Assembly: GCA_036172245.1 (NCBI GenBank)
Contig: JAYWIR010000004.1
Coordinates: 5,394,001-5,458,000 of the forward strand
Reading direction: 5' to 3'
DNA from: Raillietiella orientalis
Lineage: Eukaryota
Length of the DNA stretch: 64,000 bases
The notes beneath the pieces were generated by a model. The model was given only the letters and a program-made list of their open reading frames with translations, did no database searches and was not told where the DNA came from. Below, in pieces: positions 58,801 through 64,000 of the stretch. The translations under genes were made by a program, and so were the position numbers. Numbering within the stretch: position 1 is the first letter of the stretch; each line of letters begins with the position of its first letter.

Positions 58801-61800
58801 CGAGAATCCCTCATCGTAATCTCATAGCGCTCTTGCTCCTTCTCCACTGCTCATCAGATGAGGTTTCTCGATGGCCAACACCACACTGAATAGGCATTCT
58901 TGAGTGTGAACTTGTCCACGTGAGCCCTTTAAAGATTTAGTGCCACCCTCGTGGTAAATCCGCGCAGGGAAAAAAAAAGAGTGGTTTTTGTTCAGAATTC
59001 AACAGTCGGTGCTTCCTCGCTGTTGATCCCGTTCCCAGTTCCTTCAACGAAGGGAAGATGAACCCTGGATGTGGAGTGCCTCCAGCGGCAACAGAACGGC
59101 CCGAACGCTATGAATTTTCTCCTGTTGCGATCTCTCCTCTCCTGTTCCCTGTTTCTTCATTCCGGACGCGTTCGAGATGCCATCTGACGCACTGTTATCG
59201 AGTTTTTTTATTCTCTTTCGAGCTACTGCAGCTGACGTGTCTCGGGCGAGTGGAACTTGGTAGATGGCTCGGGGGAAAAGATCTCTTTTCGATTGTCTTC
59301 CTCTCTCGGGCAGCGAGAAGACTTCCTGCAGCCTTCCGTGAGCGTTTGTTGACATTCCACATCTCGGGATTTGTTTCTCCCGCCGATGTTTCCGCTTTCC
59401 TCACTGCCCCCATCCCCTAGTATCCTCGAGAGTGCCCTACGGCAGCCAGCCGGGGGCACCATTTTTAATCTGTAAGACCCGCGCAAACCTCGCTGTCTTC
59501 TTCGGTGCACACCCACCCCCAGGGGAATGCTCCTGGCGCCCTGCTCCCGCTCCAGCGAGGGAGGACCACGAAAGGAGACCGGCGTGTCCGAGAAACAAGC
59601 AGCTCCGTAGGACTGCGGTGAACTTCTCTCACCGTTTTGCCTACCTTCCGTTCCCTTCTTGGCTCACTCTTTCTCCCGGAACGAAGCTGTCATCGTCCGC
59701 TCGTCCCCTCCTTCTATGGCGCGAAGATCAGCGTGTGCTGAGCGAGACGAAGGCGTGGAAGCGGGAGAGCAGGCTCGCGTCCGAGGACTGCCCCAGTCCC
59801 TCCATCTTGAGAGGCTGCAGTGCGGACCGCTTCTTCGCGGACTGCTCACTCTTCAATTCCGTTTCCTCAGCCGGTCCCTCGCCGCCGTCCCGGGGGAGCG
59901 ATTCGGCGGCAGTCGCGGCTGCCGAAGCCGACGAGTCTCGGGTGGTCTGCGAGGAGAAACGCAAACCTTCCCGAAGTAAAGGACGAGGAGAGGAAGAAAA
60001 AGGGGAAGCTTGGGTTTCGTAGAAAGACTGCCTGCCTTCCCTCGTGCCGAAGACAGGAGAGTAGCAAGCAAGAAATGCGCACCTATGCGTGTGTCCTCGT
60101 ACAGGGAAACGGGCTCTGGAGTACAGTATCACTTTTCTAAAAATGGGCCGCTTTCCTCGCTGATACTCCTCTTCTGCAACATTTGCAGCAATTTGTCAGG
60201 TTTTTGGCTATATTCCTTGACATCCAGGAGGAGCGAACGTGCAAGTTTTCCCCGAGATCCTGCCTCATTCCCTTCCCCTCTCCCCCCTCCCGCCACCTTT
60301 CCTCCCCCCCCCCGCGATGTGCCCAGCTGTTGATGTGAGGAACACTCTCACCACGGATGGACAACTTCCTTGGAGCAGCCTCGCGTTTCCTGCCCACGGC
60401 ATCAGAGTCTCACGAGAACCTACTTTTACATCAAAGACTTGAATATTTATCGCCAACGTTCCCATTAGGGCGTTCTGGGATGCTCCCAATAACCGGGCAT
60501 TGGCATCCCGGATCTTTTTGCCCCACTCGCTGAAACTGTCTTCCACGATGAGTCTCTGGACTGCTCACAGCTTCTTTTCTGTTCTTTTTTTTGTTTTTCA
60601 TGCCGCACTTCGCGGTCTCTCCGAGACATTCGATTCGAATCAGACGAGCTGCTCGTGGGATCGACTGGAATTCGAACACACGAGCTTTCATTCCTTCCCT
60701 CCTTTCATCGAACGTCCACTCGACACTGACGCCCTCTCACTTCTGGAATGTCTGTCCGTGCCTTCGGTGCGTGTTGGCCAAGTGCATTTTGGATCATCTG
60801 TACTCCATTCTTCCTGATGAATAAGCTCACTTAAGTATGCTCTCACCCTCCTCAGCCTGGAGATTTCCTTTCTGGTCTCACAGAAAAGGAGAGGGTAGTT
60901 ATCGCTTCTCGGACTTTTGGCCAAGTTCAAACTAAGCTTATTACGTTGATGGTGATGGAGAGAAGCAGTCGGTGATCTATGAGGCCATCCCGACTGTGGT
61001 CCTTAGTAGACTCGGCTGCGGCATAACCTATGCCTAAGAAGACTTTTTCTGCTCTCCCGTACGCTGGAAGACTTAAAAAGTCTTCGAGAGAGATAAAGTC
61101 GATCTTTCTGAGAAGAGCAAGGCGGAAGATTCAAGTAACAGAGGCAGTCCATGGCAAGGCTGGATGAAATAGACAGACCCTCGAAGTGGAAGCAAGAAAG
61201 CAAAGTAGAGCACAACCGATGGAGAGAAAATAGCTGAACTCAGAAAAAAGGCATTCGAGGAAATTATTGCCGAAAGAGAGTGCGGTTGTCGGAGTCCCAA
61301 TCTCCAGCTTTTCCTTCTCCTAAGGCATTTAAATGAACCCCAGGTGCTGGATTCGAAGACAAGGAAGAACAGAATCATGTCTTCGGCTCTGAGTAGAGCT
61401 AAGGAATCGCATCCATCAGTGAACTTGAATTCAGTTTCATTCCAGAGGTGCAGATCCATCGCAAGGGACAGTTTCGAGAAAGCTAGCGAGCGCTGTCTGG
61501 ACTTGGACGGCTTGAGAGCTCTCGAAGAAATCCAAAGAAACACCTTCAATGGAGGTCGTTCGAAAACCAAGCGCTTCTGATAGCGAAAACGCAAGTGAGA
61601 ATCTCCCGATCAACTACGGAAGTCCGGGTGACCACGGCATTCGAATGGTCGACCCCAGTTTTCCCGTCGGCAATTCAAGTTTTGTGGGCGCACTGAGTGA
61701 AAAGACGCGGAAAAAAGAATAAAACACACAAAAAAAGTTTCTCCTATTAACGAGTTATTATTTCGATTTCTTCCATCAATTTCCTGGGAAAGCTCTTGGA

Positions 61801-64000
61801 TGCAGTCAACTAAAGAGTGTAATCAGCATCATGATTTTTTATTTCGGTCACAATTACGTTTGTACGAAAGTCTCGAGAGACGTACGGCTTGGTTCTCTCT
61901 CTCTCTCTCGCATATGTTCTTATCTATTTTAATATTCCAGTCATGGATCGTATCACTGCCCGCATAAAAATCAAACAGTAAAGAATATTTCCTCTTGGAA
62001 TCAGTACCTAAGAGGCAGGAAGGATGCCGTTTCTAGATGATGCTAGAAACAACTGCGCTGTAATGAGTGAACCAGACAAACCATCCTCCCATAAAATAGT
62101 CAAAAATGAGCTTTGGGTCATTAACTTGTTTGAACGCCCACCACTCCAATATAGATCGGAATTACAATGGGAAACACGAAGTTGCATCATTCCGAAGTAC
62201 AATCTGATACAAAATATAAACACACATCCCATCTACACTTCTTGATTGAAGGCTGATTACTAACCATAATTCATCATTAGCTTTGACTGCAATCTCGCAT
62301 CCCAGTTTTATTCGTAGATATATCTGCCGTTGTAACATTTCATCATTTGCTCTCCGAAGGTGCAATCAAGTCTTACGTGTGGACAATACCCAGACTAGGT
62401 GGTCAAGTGTTTCTGCATAGATTTTGTGCTTGCTAATCACTTTTTCCACAAAAACCGTTTCGCCCTCTTTTTTGCAGAAAGTCTTCCAACTCATCCTGAA
62501 TTGCACGTGGTCACCAGATGTGACTCCAAATCGAAGAATGTTGAGGGTTCCGGTGTCTCTCACGAAGCTTCCCAATGCAGACGATTAGAATGTCTTATGA
62601 ACCATTTGCATGGCCCATTACCTCTGGTAGTTTATTCGAAAGTTACAATGAAGAGTTCACCACTGAGCCCTTACTCGTTTAGAGATTCTACTTCAACCGT
62701 ATTATGCCTTTATCAATGACATGGTGTCACCAAAATCGTAAAGCAGCAGTTACAATCTTCTGATTACTTGAGCTATCAGCATATCCACTAATTTATCTTC
62801 ATCCCTTGAATAAAATGGCTGCATTCCATCTACGATTGCAAATACAATGGAATCTCCTAAGAATGCGTACTTAGCATTCCTGAGGAGGCACTTATCTAAG
62901 ATAGTCTAAAATAGACTTTATATGCGATTTAAGATCGTATAAGTCTTCTCCTCCTGTTTCCAAGGTACATAAACTCGAACTTTTATGATTGAGGGAGTTG
63001 AATACAATTTTTCTCCATTCCTGAAGTTTTTCCCCCCACTTTTTCGTTTTTCTTACTCCCCATAAAATAACTCGAGAAAATATGATGAAACGAAAGGGTC
63101 GAATGAATGATATTGAGACAGCTGTTTTCCAAATTACACTCCTGTATTATTCTGAAATATGATCTGGATATTCTAAGTATTGAAGGGAAAAACACTAAAT
63201 CCTGATGGCTTTCTTAATTGTAGTGTGCTTCCGAACACGAGCAGAGACGCTGCTTCCGAAACAAGTCGAAGTCTTTCGTTGCGAGCCAGATGCAAATCAT
63301 GAAAAAATGATCACAACGGTTCTAATTGAAAAAAGGCATACACATGTGAAGTCCGTAGCTACCAAAAGTCAGTTCGAATTCAGAGAGGGACTTGAGATTT
63401 TGGGAAAAACCAATTTCATTGGAATCGTTGCTAGACTCGTTATCAATGAAGCGCTCCCATTCTCGACAGATTTAGACGAAAGGATCTGCACCATTTGATA
63501 GAATGATGCAATTTGTTCTATAAGACTGTTGAAATTCTATAAGCTTAACAGAATTTTTTTTTTTTTTTACTAAATCATGAATAAATTGATAATAATGGCT
63601 TTTGTGTGATGCTTTAACCCTATCTGTGTACTAAATCAATACATATGGACTTGTTCTTAGAAGTTCTGATTTATTTCCTTTTAATCTTATAGTTGGACAA
63701 TTGGTAGATTTTTTCTAATGCATAGATAATAGTCATACTTTATGTTACACGTATGACTTGTAACTTTACAACAGAAGATGCCAATCTTGAACCTATTTTG
63801 TCTTCCATTTATTTGTTAAATAGGCAGGTGATATCAATGATGATTGTAGCAATATAATATAAAGGACACATATGCGTCACTGTCATATGTCATATCATCA
63901 AAGAACTAACTGCTTTAAGTGTTTGAACCACACAGATCTCCATTTTTGACTAAGTGTCGTCCTGTTTCAGAACATGTTTGAATAATATTTGCACAAACAG

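Noticed and set aside
60900..63500. Possible decayed TE or endogenous viral coding sequence in the AT-rich end
   Set aside because: Only short, stop-interrupted frames with no motif I could recognise; needs a BLASTx search.
1..64000. Prokaryotic-type systems (operons, CRISPR arrays, rRNA/tRNA)
   Set aside because: The sequence is an intron-containing animal locus; no regularly spaced direct repeats or structural RNA signatures were seen.

Overview
Eukaryotic, very probably arthropod, genomic DNA. It is GC- and CpG-rich with many purine/pyrimidine tracts over about 1-56 kb and becomes strongly AT-rich after about 61.6 kb. Almost all ORFs in the supplied track are artefacts of high GC and low complexity. 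One real gene can be assembled by hand on the + strand: the ecdysone-inducible nuclear receptor HR3 (NR1F, ROR orthologue). Its eight common coding exons run 33199-38849 with canonical GT-AG, phase-consistent junctions. A ~19 kb upstream region holds several alternative N-terminal exons that all end in a phase-1 donor matching the DNA-binding-domain exon: 14328-14346, 20664-20754, 26585-26705, and weaker candidates at 24393-24447 and 17396-17501. The 26585 exon gives MDRA...[16 protein letters not shown], which resembles vertebrate RORgamma/RORalpha N-termini as I recall them. Other features are a 699-bp near-perfect inverted duplication (4039-4737 / 6720-7418), EcRE-like and other motif clusters, microsatellites, a decayed Tx1/L1-like retrotransposon 3' end (~51.4-52.4 kb) and a possible decayed Tigger/pogo transposase (~58.0-58.8 kb). 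No prokaryotic systems, rRNA, tRNA or CRISPR were seen. All comparisons to other proteins are from memory; no searches were run.
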